From Terriglobia bacterium (GTDB lineage: Bacteria; Acidobacteriota; Terriglobia; JAJPHL01; JAPKYU01), in assembly GCA_965223005.1 (NCBI GenBank), contig CBDCVK010000010.1:256001-320000 (forward strand): a stretch of DNA of 64,000 bases, given 5' to 3'. The first letter of the stretch is position 1, and each line of letters opens with the position of its first letter. Made by a program: the position numbers and the translations under genes. Below, piece after piece: positions 30,647 through 40,863 of this stretch. The notes under the pieces were generated by a model. That model did no database searches and was not told the origin of the DNA. It saw only the letters and a program-made list of their open reading frames with translations.

Positions 30647-32243
30647 AGATCTTGTGGGAGATGGCTTTGGCCTGGGTGAACAGCAGCAGGTAGTCGCGGC
30701 CGCCCGCCTTGGAATCGGTGCCGGACATGTTGAAGCCGCCGAAAGGGTGCGCCCCCACCATCGCCCCGGTACACTTGCGGTTGAAGTAGAGGTTGCCCAC
30801 GTGGAACAGGTCGCCGGCCTTTTCCAGCTTCTCGGGGTTGTCGGAGAAGACGGCGCCGGTCAGGCCGTATTCGGTGTCGTTGGCGATGCGCAGCGCGTCT
30901 TCGAAGTCACGGGCGCGGATCACCGCCAGCACCGGTCCGAAGATTTCCTCTTGGGCGACGTGCGACTTGGGATCCACGTCGGCGATGACGGTGGGCTGGA
31001 TGAAGTAACCCCCGCCATCGTCGGCGCCGTCGCCGGTCTTAGCGGCGCCTCCGCCGGTGACCAGCCGCCCTTCCTGCTTCCCCGTTTCAATGTAAGCAAG
31101 GATGGACTTCATGGCCGCTGCGTTGATCACTGGGCCCATGAAGCTTCCCGGATCGTCGCTAGCGCCGACGGTGATTTTCTCCACTCGCGTCTTCAGCTTC
31201 TCCAGGAAGCTGTCGTAGAGCGAATCCACCACGATGGCGCGGGAGCAGGCCGAGCACTTCTGCCCCTGGTAGCCGAAGGCGGAGGCCGTGACAGCTGCGG
31301 CGGCCTTCTCCACGTCCGTCTCGCTGTCGACAACGATGGCGTCTTTGCCGCCCATCTCGGCGACGACGCGCTTGATCCAGAACTGGCCGGGTTGATGCCG
31401 GGCTGCCCGCTGATTGATGCGCAAGCCCACCGGCTTGGAGCCGGTGAAGGTCACGAAGCGAGTGCGCGGGTGGTCAACCAGCGTGTCACCAATGAGGCTG
31501 CCGCTGCCCGGCAGGAAGTTCAGCACACCCTCTGGCAAACCGGCTTCGGTGAGGACCTCATAGAGCTTGTAGGCGATGGTCGGCGAATCGCTCGACGGTT
31601 TCAGCACCACCGTGTTGCCGGTGACAATCGCGGCGGTAGTCATGCCGGCGGCGATGGCCAGAGGAAAATTCCAGGGCGGGATGATCACGCCCACCCCCAG
31701 GGGGATGTAACGCAGCTCGTTGCGTTCACCTGGGAGGGGGGTCACCCGGCTGGGGTCGGGCAACAGCAGCCGCAGTGCCTCGCGCGCGTAGAAGTTGCAG
31801 AAGTCAATCGCTTCGGCCGTGTCTGCGTCGGCTTCCGCCCAGCTCTTGCCGACCTCAAACACCATCCAGGCCGACAACTCAAACTTGCGGCGCTGCATGA
31901 TGGCAGCCACGCGGAGCAGCCATTCTGCGCGCTGCTCGCCCGGCACCTGCTTCCAGCTTTCCAAGGCACCCTCGGCAGCCTCGATGGCCTGCCGGGCATG
32001 CCGGCGGCTGGCTTTGGGGAAAACGCCCACGACCTCCTCTGGCTTGGAAGGATTGCGGGATTCCCATCTTGCTTTGGGCTTGAGCTTTCGGCCCCCAAGC
32101 ACCAACGGATACAGCTTACCCAGTCCGCCACGCACTTTAGCTAGCGCCGCCTCCATCTTGCCGCGCTCTTCGGGGTTAGAGAAATCGGTAAACTTTTCGT
32201 TTTCAAACTCGGGCAAGGTCACCGTCATCGCTTCCACAGACAT
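30645..32243 (-). CDS. pruA: L-glutamate gamma-semialdehyde (P5C) dehydrogenase
   Basis: PWNFPLAI, FTGS, AEMGGKD, GQKCSACSR, EEIFGP, HPFGGFNMSGTDSKAGG. Confidence 0.92.
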   Translation of the reverse strand: MSVEAMTVTLPEFENEKFTDFSNPEERGKMEAALAKVRGGLGKLYPLVLGGRKLKPKARWESRNPSKPEEVVGVFPKASRRHARQAIEAAEGALESWKQVPGEQRAEWLLRVAAIMQRRKFELSAWMVFEVGKSWAEADADTAEAIDFCNFYAREALRLLLPDPSRVTPLPGERNELRYIPLGVGVIIPPWNFPLAIAAGMTTAAIVTGNTVVLKPSSDSPTIAYKLYEVLTEAGLPEGVLNFLPGSGSLIGDTLVDHPRTRFVTFTGSKPVGLRINQRAARHQPGQFWIKRVVAEMGGKDAIVVDSETDVEKAAAAVTASAFGYQGQKCSACSRAIVVDSLYDSFLEKLKTRVEKITVGASDDPGSFMGPVINAAAMKSILAYIETGKQEGRLVTGGGAAKTGDGADDGGGYFIQPTVIADVDPKSHVAQEEIFGPVLAVIRARDFEDALRIANDTEYGLTGAVFSDNPEKLEKAGDLFHVGNLYFNRKCTGAMVGAHPFGGFNMSGTDSKAGGRDYLLLFTQAKAISHKI

Positions 32244-32412
32244 TAAGAAATTCTCCTCAGGGGCGTTCCCGCGTCATTCTAACAGGTGCCAGGTACAGGC
32301 AGCACATGTTTCCGGACGGTGCGATAATCAAGGCAGTGTCAGGTTTCAGGGGATAGCTGGCAGGGCGGCGGAATGCACCCTCCGACGATTGAGACCTGGC
32401 TGACATTTGGAC

Positions 32413-33867
32413 ATGACAGAGCGGATTTATCAGTTTGTGAAACGGCACCGAATGCTGGAACCGGGGGACCGGGTGGCGGCAGCCGTTAGCGGGGGCGCTG
32501 ACTCAGTGGCAATGCTGCAGGTGCTGATGGAGCTGCGCGACCGGCTGGCGGTGGAACTGGCGGTGGCACATTTCAACCATCGCCTGCGCGGGGCGGAATC
32601 TGACGCCGATGCCCGCTTTGTGGAAGAACTCGCTGCCCGTCACGGCCTGCCTTTCTTCGTCAGCGCTGCCGATGTGGCCGCTGAAGCGCGCAGCCGTCGC
32701 CGCAACCTGGAAAGCGTGAGCCGCGAACTCCGCTACCGGTTTCTCCGCAGCCTGGTGGAACGCGGCGAGGTAAAAAAAGTGGCCACCGGGCACAGCGCGG
32801 ATGACCAGGCCGAAACCGTGCTGGCGCGTTTGCTGAGAGGCTCCGGCACGCGCGGCCTGGCTGGCATCTATCCTGTGGTAGAGAGGCGGCCTGTGGCAGG
32901 GGGTCGGCCTGCGGTAGACAGATGGCTGCTGCGCCCGCTGCTGGAACAGCGAAGGGCGGCAGTGCGCGCCTGGCTGGCTGCGCGGGGAATTGCCTGGCGC
33001 GAGGATTCCTCCAACCGGGACCTGCGGCTGACCCGAAACCGTCTGCGCGCCGAGGTGGTTCCGTTGCTGGAAACCTATAACCCCAGACTGGTGGAGCACC
33101 TGGCCGCCACCGCAGAAATTGCCCAGGACGAAGAAGCCTACTGGAACCAGCACACGGCGGAGCTGCTGCCCAAGTTCGCCACCTTGCATCAGGAGCAGGG
33201 AAGCGCGATTTTGAAACTCTCCCTGGCCCAATTCGTCCAAGTAAGTAGGGCCCAGCAGCGCCGCCTGCTATGGGCAGCGCTGGCGCGGACAGGTTCGCTA
33301 CAGCGCCTGGAGCTAGCCCACATCGAGGCCCTACGGAGGCTGGCGATGGCCGGCCAGAGCGGACAGCGGCTGCAGTTGCCGGCGCGCCAAGTAGTGCGGG
33401 TGTTTGACTGTTTGGAGTTCCGCCCGTCGGCTCACCCAGCTCCTGCCCCTTATGAATACCAAGTGCAGGTGCCTGGGACCTGTGTTATTCCCGCCGTGGG
33501 AAAGCGCCTGCTGTTTAATTTGGTGAGCCGTGGCCACGCAGAACAGGGTTATAATGGAGAGGAGGAATCTCTGGCGGATCTGGAGTCGGTCCAGAATCCA
33601 CTGACGGTGCGCAACTGGCGTCCGGGGGATGCCTTTGAGTCCCCTTCGGGTCAGGGAAGGAAAAAGATTAAGACGCTGTTGCTCGAACGCCGGATTCCCG
33701 CTGAGGAGCGCAAACTCTGGCCCGTGGTGCTCAGCGGGAACCAGATCGTGTGGGTGCGGGGATTCCCCGTAGCGCGCCCATTTCGGATGGGGTCAGCAAG
33801 GCAGGTTGGTATCCTGATTCGAGAAGAGGACTTGAGTGATGAAGAAGCTGGAAGTCCTCCTGAGTGA
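32413..33867 (+). CDS. tilS: tRNA(Ile)-lysidine synthetase
   Basis: SGGADS, HFNHRLRG, DDQAET, RNRLR; tilS-hpt-ftsH synteny. Confidence 0.93.
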   Translation: MTERIYQFVKRHRMLEPGDRVAAAVSGGADSVAMLQVLMELRDRLAVELAVAHFNHRLRGAESDADARFVEELAARHGLPFFVSAADVAAEARSRRRNLESVSRELRYRFLRSLVERGEVKKVATGHSADDQAETVLARLLRGSGTRGLAGIYPVVERRPVAGGRPAVDRWLLRPLLEQRRAAVRAWLAARGIAWREDSSNRDLRLTRNRLRAEVVPLLETYNPRLVEHLAATAEIAQDEEAYWNQHTAELLPKFATLHQEQGSAILKLSLAQFVQVSRAQQRRLLWAALARTGSLQRLELAHIEALRRLAMAGQSGQRLQLPARQVVRVFDCLEFRPSAHPAPAPYEYQVQVPGTCVIPAVGKRLLFNLVSRGHAEQGYNGEEESLADLESVQNPLTVRNWRPGDAFESPSGQGRKKIKTLLLERRIPAEERKLWPVVLSGNQIVWVRGFPVARPFRMGSARQVGILIREEDLSDEEAGSPPE

Positions 33868-34433
33868 GGAGCAAATCCAGCAGAAGGTGAGCGAGCTGGC
33901 AGCGACCATCTCGCAGGCGTACGGCCAGCGCACGGTCCACGTGGTCGCCCATTCTGGAGAATGGCTTCCTGTTCATGGCAGACCTGGTGCGGCGGCTCAC
34001 CTGCCCGGTGGTTTGCCAGTTCGTTAAAGTGGAAATGAGCGACGTGATGGAACACGGGCACGAGCGCCGCGTGGTCGTGCACACGCCCAAGCTGGAAGTA
34101 CAAGGCCAGGACCTGCTTCTGGCGGATTGCGTGCTGCACACCGGCATCACCCTGGATCATCTGGTCCAGCAGTTCCTGGCCAAGGGCGCCGCCTCGGTGA
34201 AGACGGCCGTGCTGGTGGACAAGATCGACGAGCGGCGGGTGGCCCTAAACCCCGATTTCGCCGGGTTCCAGATGCAGGGCCGCTTCCTGGTCGGGTACGG
34301 GATGGGCCACCGGGAGCAGTACCGCAACCTGCCCTATGTCGGGACGCTGACCGGGGACGAGGCCAAGGAATCGTCTGCGGTTTCCTCGGCGGGGAAGAAA
34401 GCAGTCGCCGCGACTGGGAAGAAGAAGGAGTGA
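33839..34433 (+). CDS. hpt: HPRT-like phosphoribosyltransferase with degenerate motifs; +1 indel at about 33950
   Basis: LLSEEQIQQKV..LA, FMADL, FLVGYGM, YRNLPY; removing one C joins the two ORFs. Confidence 0.75.
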
Positions 34434-34490
34434 TCCTCGTACGCAGCTGGGCCCGACGCCGGGACGCATGGGGGGATTGAGGGACAGGAC

Positions 34491-36416
34491 TTGAACTCAA
34501 CGGCAAAAACCGTCGTCTTCTGGGTCGTCATGCTGGCTACCGCCGTGCTCTTGTGGCAGGTGGTGAAGACCGGAACGCCCAATAAAGAGGAAGAGGTGAA
34601 CTTTACCCGCTTCCTCCGCGAAGTCGAGGCGGGCAATGTCGCCGAGGTCACCATCATCGGCACCAACAATGCGCCTCCTGAAATCCGCGGCAAGTTTAAG
34701 ACCCAGAGCCAGGCATTTAAGACGATCGCGCCCCCCAATTACCCGGACATGATCAAGCAGCTTCGGGAGAAAGACGTGGTAATCCAGGTCAAGGCGGTTT
34801 CCAGCAGTTCGTGGCTTACGCTGCTACTGCAGGCCTCACCTTTCCTGCTGCTGATCGGCTTCTGGATTTTCATGATGCGTCAGATGCAGAGCGGGGGCAA
34901 CAAAGCGCTCAGCTTCGGCAAGAGCCGGGCTCGCCTGCTCTCCAGTCAGCAGAAGAAGGTCACCTTCAATGACGTGGCTGGCGTGGAGGAGTCCAAGGAA
35001 GAACTGCAAGAGATCATCGAGTTTCTCCGGGAGCCTCAGAAGTTCCAGAAATTGGGCGGACGTATTCCGAAAGGCGTTCTGCTGGTGGGACCGCCTGGCA
35101 CGGGCAAGACCCTGTTGGCGCGGGCCGTGGCCGGCGAGGCCAACGTCCCCTTCTTCTCCATCTCCGGCTCGGACTTCGTGGAAATGTTTGTAGGCGTCGG
35201 CGCCAGCCGGGTGCGCGACCTGTTCGAGCAGGGCAAGAAGAACGCCCCCTGCATCATTTTCATCGACGAAATTGACGCGGTGGGCCGTCACCGCGGCGCC
35301 GGTCTGGGCGGCGGGCACGACGAGCGCGAGCAGACCCTGAACCAGTTGCTGGTGGAGATGGACGGGTTTGAGTCCAACGAAGGCGTCATCCTGATGGCCG
35401 CCACCAACCGGCCGGATGTGCTGGACCCGGCCCTGCTGCGGCCTGGCCGCTTCGATCGGCGCGTCGTGGTGCCCTGGCCGGACGCCAAAGGTCGCGAAGC
35501 GATCCTGCAGGTACACACGCGAAAGATTCCCCTGGACGAGGACGTGAAGCTGGCGGTGCTGGCTCGTGGCACCCCTGGCTTTTCCGGCGCTGACCTGGCC
35601 AACCTGGTCAATGAGGCGGCTCTGAACGCTGCGCGCTACAGCAGTAAGACGGTTTCCATGAGCGACTTCGAGCTGGCCAAAGACAAGGTGATCATGGGCG
35701 CGGCACGCAAGTCGCTGATCCTCAGCGAGGCGGAGAAGCGCAACACCGCCTACCACGAAGCCGGCCATGCCCTGGTGGCCGCCTCGATTCCCGGCGCCGA
35801 CCCGCTGCACAAGGTCACCATCATTCCGCGCGGCATCGCCCTGGGCGTCACCATGCAACTGCCGGAGGATGACAAGTACACCCTGACCAAGGAGTTCCTG
35901 GACGCCCGCATCGCCATCATGATGGGGGGGCGCGTCTCCGAGGAGCTGTTCATGAACCACATGACCACCGGCGCTGGCGACGACATCGAACGCGCCACCG
36001 AGCTGGCCCGCAAAATGGTGTGCGAGTGGGGCATGAGTGACCTGGGGCCGATCACCTTCGGCAAGAAAGAGGAGCAGATTTTCCTCGGCCGCGAGATCGC
36101 TCAGCACCGGGATTTCTCCGAGCAGACCGCGATCCGGATTGATGAGGAAGTCCGCAGGATTGCCCAGACAGGCTATGATCGCGCCAAGGCGATCCTGACC
36201 GAGAAGCACGATGCGCTGGTGCGCATCGCCGAGGCCCTGCTGGAACGGGAAGTGCTGGACGGGCACGAGATCAAGCTGGTGATCGAAGATAAACCGCTGC
36301 CGGCGCAGCCAGCTCCTACGCCCACCGAAGAGCCTGGCAAACAGCAGGTGATAAAACCGGAGTCCGCACCGAGCCCTCGGCCTCTGTCCGAGGGCGAGCG
36401 GCCGGCGACCGCGTAG
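34491..36416 (+). CDS. ftsH: ATP-dependent zinc metalloprotease FtsH
   Basis: [28 protein letters not shown]. Confidence 0.97.
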   Translation: MNSTAKTVVFWVVMLATAVLLWQVVKTGTPNKEEEVNFTRFLREVEAGNVAEVTIIGTNNAPPEIRGKFKTQSQAFKTIAPPNYPDMIKQLREKDVVIQVKAVSSSSWLTLLLQASPFLLLIGFWIFMMRQMQSGGNKALSFGKSRARLLSSQQKKVTFNDVAGVEESKEELQEIIEFLREPQKFQKLGGRIPKGVLLVGPPGTGKTLLARAVAGEANVPFFSISGSDFVEMFVGVGASRVRDLFEQGKKNAPCIIFIDEIDAVGRHRGAGLGGGHDEREQTLNQLLVEMDGFESNEGVILMAATNRPDVLDPALLRPGRFDRRVVVPWPDAKGREAILQVHTRKIPLDEDVKLAVLARGTPGFSGADLANLVNEAALNAARYSSKTVSMSDFELAKDKVIMGAARKSLILSEAEKRNTAYHEAGHALVAASIPGADPLHKVTIIPRGIALGVTMQLPEDDKYTLTKEFLDARIAIMMGGRVSEELFMNHMTTGAGDDIERATELARKMVCEWGMSDLGPITFGKKEEQIFLGREIAQHRDFSEQTAIRIDEEVRRIAQTGYDRAKAILTEKHDALVRIAEALLEREVLDGHEIKLVIEDKPLPAQPAPTPTEEPGKQQVIKPESAPSPRPLSEGERPATA

Positions 36417-36610
36417 AAGCACCTCAACAGCAAAAAAGGGGTCCCTTCTTATTGCGGGCTGAGCGCAAGCAATCCATTTAGAAACAACCAGTTGTGCCTT
36501 GGGAGCCGCGTCTTGGTGCCAGCAGAGAAATCCTACGAAAAGCGTTGCTGCAGGAGAACGGGGGGCTAGGGAGGAATCGCAGAACCTGTGGCGATGTTGC
36601 GCGGCAAAAC

Positions 36611-37284
36611 CTACCGGTAGCGCTTGAGCTCTCCCGGGATCTCCCGTCCCCGGACGCGGTCGTAGAGGTAGCGGTCCGACACCGTCCCCAACGATTCGTT
36701 GTACAAGCTGGGCAGTTCCAGAGCTTGCTTCAACTGCTCATCGAAACTCTGGATTTGCTCCAGGTGCTCGGCCAGCGCGGGCAGGCTCCGCTCAGGTGTC
36801 CAAAGGTACTTCTGAAAGCCTTGCGGTCCTCCAGGCGAGAGATAAACTGCCCAACGAGGTACCGGTAGCGCTTGAGCTCTCCCGGGATCTCCCGTCCCCG
36901 GACGCGGTCGTAGAGGTAGCGGTCCGACACCGTCCCCAACGATTCGTTGTACAAGCTGGGCAGTTCCAGAGCTTGCTTCAACTGCTCATCGAAACTCTGG
37001 ATTTGCTCCAGGTGCTCGGCCAGCGCGGGCAGGCTCCGCTCAGGTGTCCAAAGGTACTTCTGAAAGCCACGGTCCTCCAGGCGAGAGATAAACTGCCCAA
37101 CGAGGTACCCAGGGGGTTCGGCAAAGCGAACCTGGCCGTCGGGCGTGCGCTCCAGGACTGCGGCGCACAGCCCTTTCTGGACGCGTGCGAGGTGGGTTTG
37201 CTGCGCGCTGACCTCAAAGCCAGCAGCGCGGAGGCGATCCTGAAGCTGGTCGAAACTCAGTTGGGGCGGCAGGCTGGGCAGCAT
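36611..37284 (-). CDS. Conserved hypothetical protein containing an internal tandem duplication
   Basis: RLEDRGFQKY, LYNESLGTVSDRYLYDRV; single-copy version ends KRYR-TAG at 36611. Confidence 0.65.
36612..37109. repeat. Tandem duplication with 248-bp period
   Basis: taccggtagcgcttgagc starts at 36612 and again at 36860; near-identical copies. Confidence 0.9.
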
Positions 37285-37397
37285 AGCTTCGATCTCCGGC
37301 AGAGATTAGCTCGATTCGCGAGTAGGATATAATAACACCAGGGTGAATTTACCTGGGCACGGATCACCCTAAAGAACGAAATCTTGTTCCCGGACAG

Positions 37398-38402
37398 ATG
37401 TCAGCACAAGCGCGCATGACCCTGAACCATTCTAGCTCCCAGGCTCGCCAAGAGCCAGTCGGGCTGCCTTCCTTGCTGGGACGCATCGGCAACACGCCTC
37501 TGCTGCGCCTGGAGAAGGCGACGCGCGACTTCTCCTCGGTGGAATTTTACGCCAAGGCGGAATGGTTTAACCCAGGGGGATCGGTCAAGGATCGCGCCGC
37601 CCTGAGCATGATCCTGGAAGGGGAGCGCACCGGCCAACTGACCCCGGACAAGATGATTCTGGACGCCACCAGCGGCAACACTGGCATTGCATACGCCATG
37701 ATCGCTGCCGCCCGCGGCTACCGGACCAAGCTATGCCTCCCAGCCAGCGCCAGCATCGAGCGCAAGCGTATGCTCCAGGCCTTCGGGGCGGAATTGGTAC
37801 TGACAGATGCGGCCGAGGGTTCCGATGGCGCCATCCGCAAGGTAAGGGAACTGTACGCGGCCGACCCGGAACGCTACTTTTACCCCGACCAGTACAGCAA
37901 CCCGGCCAACTGGCGCACCCACTACCAGACCACAGCCAACGAAATCTGGGCGCAGACCGAGGGCCGGATCACGCATTTTGTAGCGGGCCTGGGCACGACG
38001 GGAACCTTCGTCGGCACCGGCCGCCGCCTGCGGGAATTGAACGCCAACATACGTCTGATCTCTCTGCAGCCGGATTCCGGATTCCACGGGCTGGAGGGGT
38101 TAAAGCATATGGAAACGGCGATCGTGCCGGGCATCTACGACGCCACCCTGGCCGACCTGGACCTGGCGGTGGGAACCGAGGAGTCCTACCACGTGGTGCG
38201 CCGCCTGGCGCGCGAGGAGGGGCTCTTGGTGGGCCCCTCGAGCGGCGCGGCGCTGGCCGGCTGCTTGCGTGTGGCGCGCGAGATCCAGCAGGCTGGCCAG
38301 CGGGGCGTTGTGGTCACCATCTTCCCCGACGGCGCCGATAAGTACCTCAGCCAGAAATTCTGGGAAGAGCCAATTCTGGAAAGTGCCAGTTCTGGAAAGT
38401 GA
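37398..38402 (+). CDS. cysM: PLP-dependent cysteine synthase (CysM-type)
   Basis: IGNTPL, NPGGSVKDR, TSGNTG, GLGTTGT, GPSSGA. Confidence 0.88.
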   Translation: MSAQARMTLNHSSSQARQEPVGLPSLLGRIGNTPLLRLEKATRDFSSVEFYAKAEWFNPGGSVKDRAALSMILEGERTGQLTPDKMILDATSGNTGIAYAMIAAARGYRTKLCLPASASIERKRMLQAFGAELVLTDAAEGSDGAIRKVRELYAADPERYFYPDQYSNPANWRTHYQTTANEIWAQTEGRITHFVAGLGTTGTFVGTGRRLRELNANIRLISLQPDSGFHGLEGLKHMETAIVPGIYDATLADLDLAVGTEESYHVVRRLAREEGLLVGPSSGAALAGCLRVAREIQQAGQRGVVVTIFPDGADKYLSQKFWEEPILESASSGK

Positions 38403-38412
38403 GCGCTGAGGG

Positions 38413-38871
38413 ATGAGCCTGGCAATCCTGCCTCCCGAGTTAGCCAGAGTGAACGAGCACGCTCGACGCGCCTACCCGCACGAGTGCTGCGGCTTTCTGT
38501 TGGGAAAAGACGTGAACGGGTGGAAGCGGGTGGTCGAGGTCCGGGCCGTGGAGAACATCCGGCACGATTCCCCGCACAACCGCTTTCTGATCTCCCCCTC
38601 AGACTTTCGAGCCAGCGAACGCTACGCTCGCGAGCAGAAGTTGGATATTCTCGGCTTTTATCACTCGCACCCGGATCACCCGGCCCGGCCCAGCCAATAC
38701 GACCAGGAACACGCCTGGCCCTGGTTCTCCTACATCATCGTTTCGGTCCAGCAGGGGACTCCGGGCGAGGTCACCAGTTGGGAGCTGGCCGAAGACCGCT
38801 CCCAGTTTCACCGTGAGACAATGGAAACCGCGTTTCGCACTCTGGAGGAAGTGGAAGACCATGCCAGCTAA
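38413..38871 (+). CDS. JAMM/MPN+ (M67) metallopeptidase, Mec-like
   Basis: YPHECCG, GFYHSHPDHPARPSQYD. Confidence 0.9.
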   Translation: MSLAILPPELARVNEHARRAYPHECCGFLLGKDVNGWKRVVEVRAVENIRHDSPHNRFLISPSDFRASERYAREQKLDILGFYHSHPDHPARPSQYDQEHAWPWFSYIIVSVQQGTPGEVTSWELAEDRSQFHRETMETAFRTLEEVEDHAS

Positions 38872-40321
38872 AGTCCTGATTCCCACGCCGCTGCGCCAAT
38901 ACGCCGAGCGGCAAGAGACCGTGGAAGTTGCCGGCCATACCGTCAGCGAAGTGCTGGGGAACCTGACGACCCAGTACACCGACCTGCGCAAGCACCTCTA
39001 TACCGACGACGGCCGGCTGCGCAGTTTTGTCAACGTGTACGTGAACGACGAGGACATCCGCTACCTCAGCAAGGAAAGCACCGGTGTCAAGGAAACGGAC
39101 GTGATCAGCATCGTTCCGTCGATTGCAGGGGGTTTGTCTGTCCAGGTCGGAAAGTCCCCGGCCACCGCGGCTGCCGCCGGGGTGAAGCTGAGCAATGAAG
39201 AGATCCTTCGCTACAGCCGCCACCTGATCATGCCCGAGGTTGCCATGGAGGGGCAGCTCAAGCTGAAACAGGCGCGGGTGCTGTGCATCGGCGCCGGCGG
39301 GCTCGGCTCGCCTCTGGCCCTCTACCTGGCAGCCGCCGGAGTGGGCACTTTGGGCATGGTGGACTTCGATGTGGTGGACTTCACCAACCTGCAGCGCCAG
39401 GTGATCCACGGCACCGGCGACGTGGGCCGTCCCAAGCTGGAGTCGGCGCGCGACCGCTTGCGCGAACTGAATCCCAGCGTCGAAGTGGTCCCTTACGAAA
39501 CGCGCCTGTCTAGTGAGAATGCCCTGGACATCTTCAAGGATTTCGACATCATCGCCGACGGCACCGATAACTTCCCCACCCGCTATCTGGTCAACGATGC
39601 CTGCGTACTGCTGGGCAAGCCGAACGTTTACGCCAGCATTTTCCGTTTCGAGGGACAGGCTTCGGTCTTTGGCCTCACGGACGGCCCCTGCTACCGCTGC
39701 CTGTACCCCGAGCCGCCTCCTCCAGGCCTGGTGCCGAGCTGCGCCGAGGGCGGTGTGCTAGGCATCCTGCCCGGCCTGCTGGGGGTAATTCAGGCCACCG
39801 AAGCCGTCAAGTTGATTCTGGGGAAGGGCCAGCCGCTGGTGGGACGCCTGCTGCTGGTCGATGCGCTCGCCATGCGCTTCCGCGAACTGAAACTGCGCAA
39901 GAATCCCGATTGCCCGGCCTGCGGCGCCCACCCCACCATCCGCGAGCTGATTGACTACCAGGAGTTCTGCGGCATCCGAGGCGAAGAACAGGCGCCCGAA
40001 GTTGCCGTGCCGGAAACCACCCCCTTGGAGGTCAAGGAGAAGCTGGACGGGGGGGAGGGGCTGTTTATCCTGGACGTGCGCGAGCCGCACGAATACCAGA
40101 TCTGCAACATCAACGGCCACCTTATCCCTCTCGGCGAGCTGCCGGCCCGGGTGCACGAGCTGAACTCGGCCGACGAGATTGTCGCCCACTGCCGCAGTGG
40201 CATGCGCAGCGCCCAGGCTGTGGACTTCCTGCGCAAGGCGGGTTTCCGCAAGGTGAAGAATATGAAGGGTGGAATCCTGGCCTGGAGCGACCAGGTAGAC
40301 CCGCGCGTCCCCAAGTACTGA
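38861..40321 (+). CDS. moeB: MoaD/CysO-like Ubl fused to MoeB/E1 adenylyltransferase and rhodanese
   Basis: IPTPLR...PSIAGG, then RYSRHL, GAGGLGS, CYRC, CPAC, DVREPHE, HCRSG; ATG 38861. Confidence 0.9.
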   Translation: MPAKVLIPTPLRQYAERQETVEVAGHTVSEVLGNLTTQYTDLRKHLYTDDGRLRSFVNVYVNDEDIRYLSKESTGVKETDVISIVPSIAGGLSVQVGKSPATAAAAGVKLSNEEILRYSRHLIMPEVAMEGQLKLKQARVLCIGAGGLGSPLALYLAAAGVGTLGMVDFDVVDFTNLQRQVIHGTGDVGRPKLESARDRLRELNPSVEVVPYETRLSSENALDIFKDFDIIADGTDNFPTRYLVNDACVLLGKPNVYASIFRFEGQASVFGLTDGPCYRCLYPEPPPPGLVPSCAEGGVLGILPGLLGVIQATEAVKLILGKGQPLVGRLLLVDALAMRFRELKLRKNPDCPACGAHPTIRELIDYQEFCGIRGEEQAPEVAVPETTPLEVKEKLDGGEGLFILDVREPHEYQICNINGHLIPLGELPARVHELNSADEIVAHCRSGMRSAQAVDFLRKAGFRKVKNMKGGILAWSDQVDPRVPKY

Positions 40322-40412
40322 CCTCACCAGCCGGCCGCGACTGCACAATAGGAGGAACGAGAGGAAGCGATACGCGCAGCCACAAGGGAGTATTGGCTGC
40401 TAGGAAGCCAAG

Positions 40413-40820
40413 ATGCCAAAGAAGATGAAGACAAGAACTGGGACCATAGAGGATCTCTTGAGGGGACGTTCACCGCAAGTTCGCCAATGGACCAAAGCGC
40501 TGCAGCGTTTGGTGCGCTCCGCCGTGCCAAAGTGCTCCGAGCGTGCTTACATGGGGTGGCGCGTAATCATGTACTCGCGGGGAAAGATCGAGCCAGGGAC
40601 ACCCGTGCCGATGTCGACCATGTTTTGCGGGATCATGCCCTTGAAAAATAGCGTTTCTCTGTACTTTCTAAGGGGGGCCAAATTGCCGGATCCTGAGGGA
40701 TTACTCGCGGGCACGGGAAAAGGGATGCGTCACGTTAAGATCCGCGATGCGAAACAGATCCGCCCAACTGCCCTGAAGAAGCTAGTTCGCGCTGCTTACG
40801 CGTCCATGGCCAGTTCATAG
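40413..40820 (+). CDS. DUF1801 (YdhG-like) protein
   Basis: GAKLPDPEGLLAGTGKGMRHVKI. Confidence 0.8.
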   Translation: MPKKMKTRTGTIEDLLRGRSPQVRQWTKALQRLVRSAVPKCSERAYMGWRVIMYSRGKIEPGTPVPMSTMFCGIMPLKNSVSLYFLRGAKLPDPEGLLAGTGKGMRHVKIRDAKQIRPTALKKLVRAAYASMASS

Positions 40821-40863
40821 CCCGTTCATAGCAGGCCAGGCGGCAGTTCATCACAATCGGTTT

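Noticed and set aside
34836-36422. Long antisense ORFs (also 19480-21258, 30627-32144, 47099-48301, 55746-56924)
   Set aside because: Shadow frames of high-GC genes with no recognisable motifs
36465-36495. Xer/att-like AT-rich motif after ftsH
   Set aside because: No second copy or recombinase in the window; too weak to call
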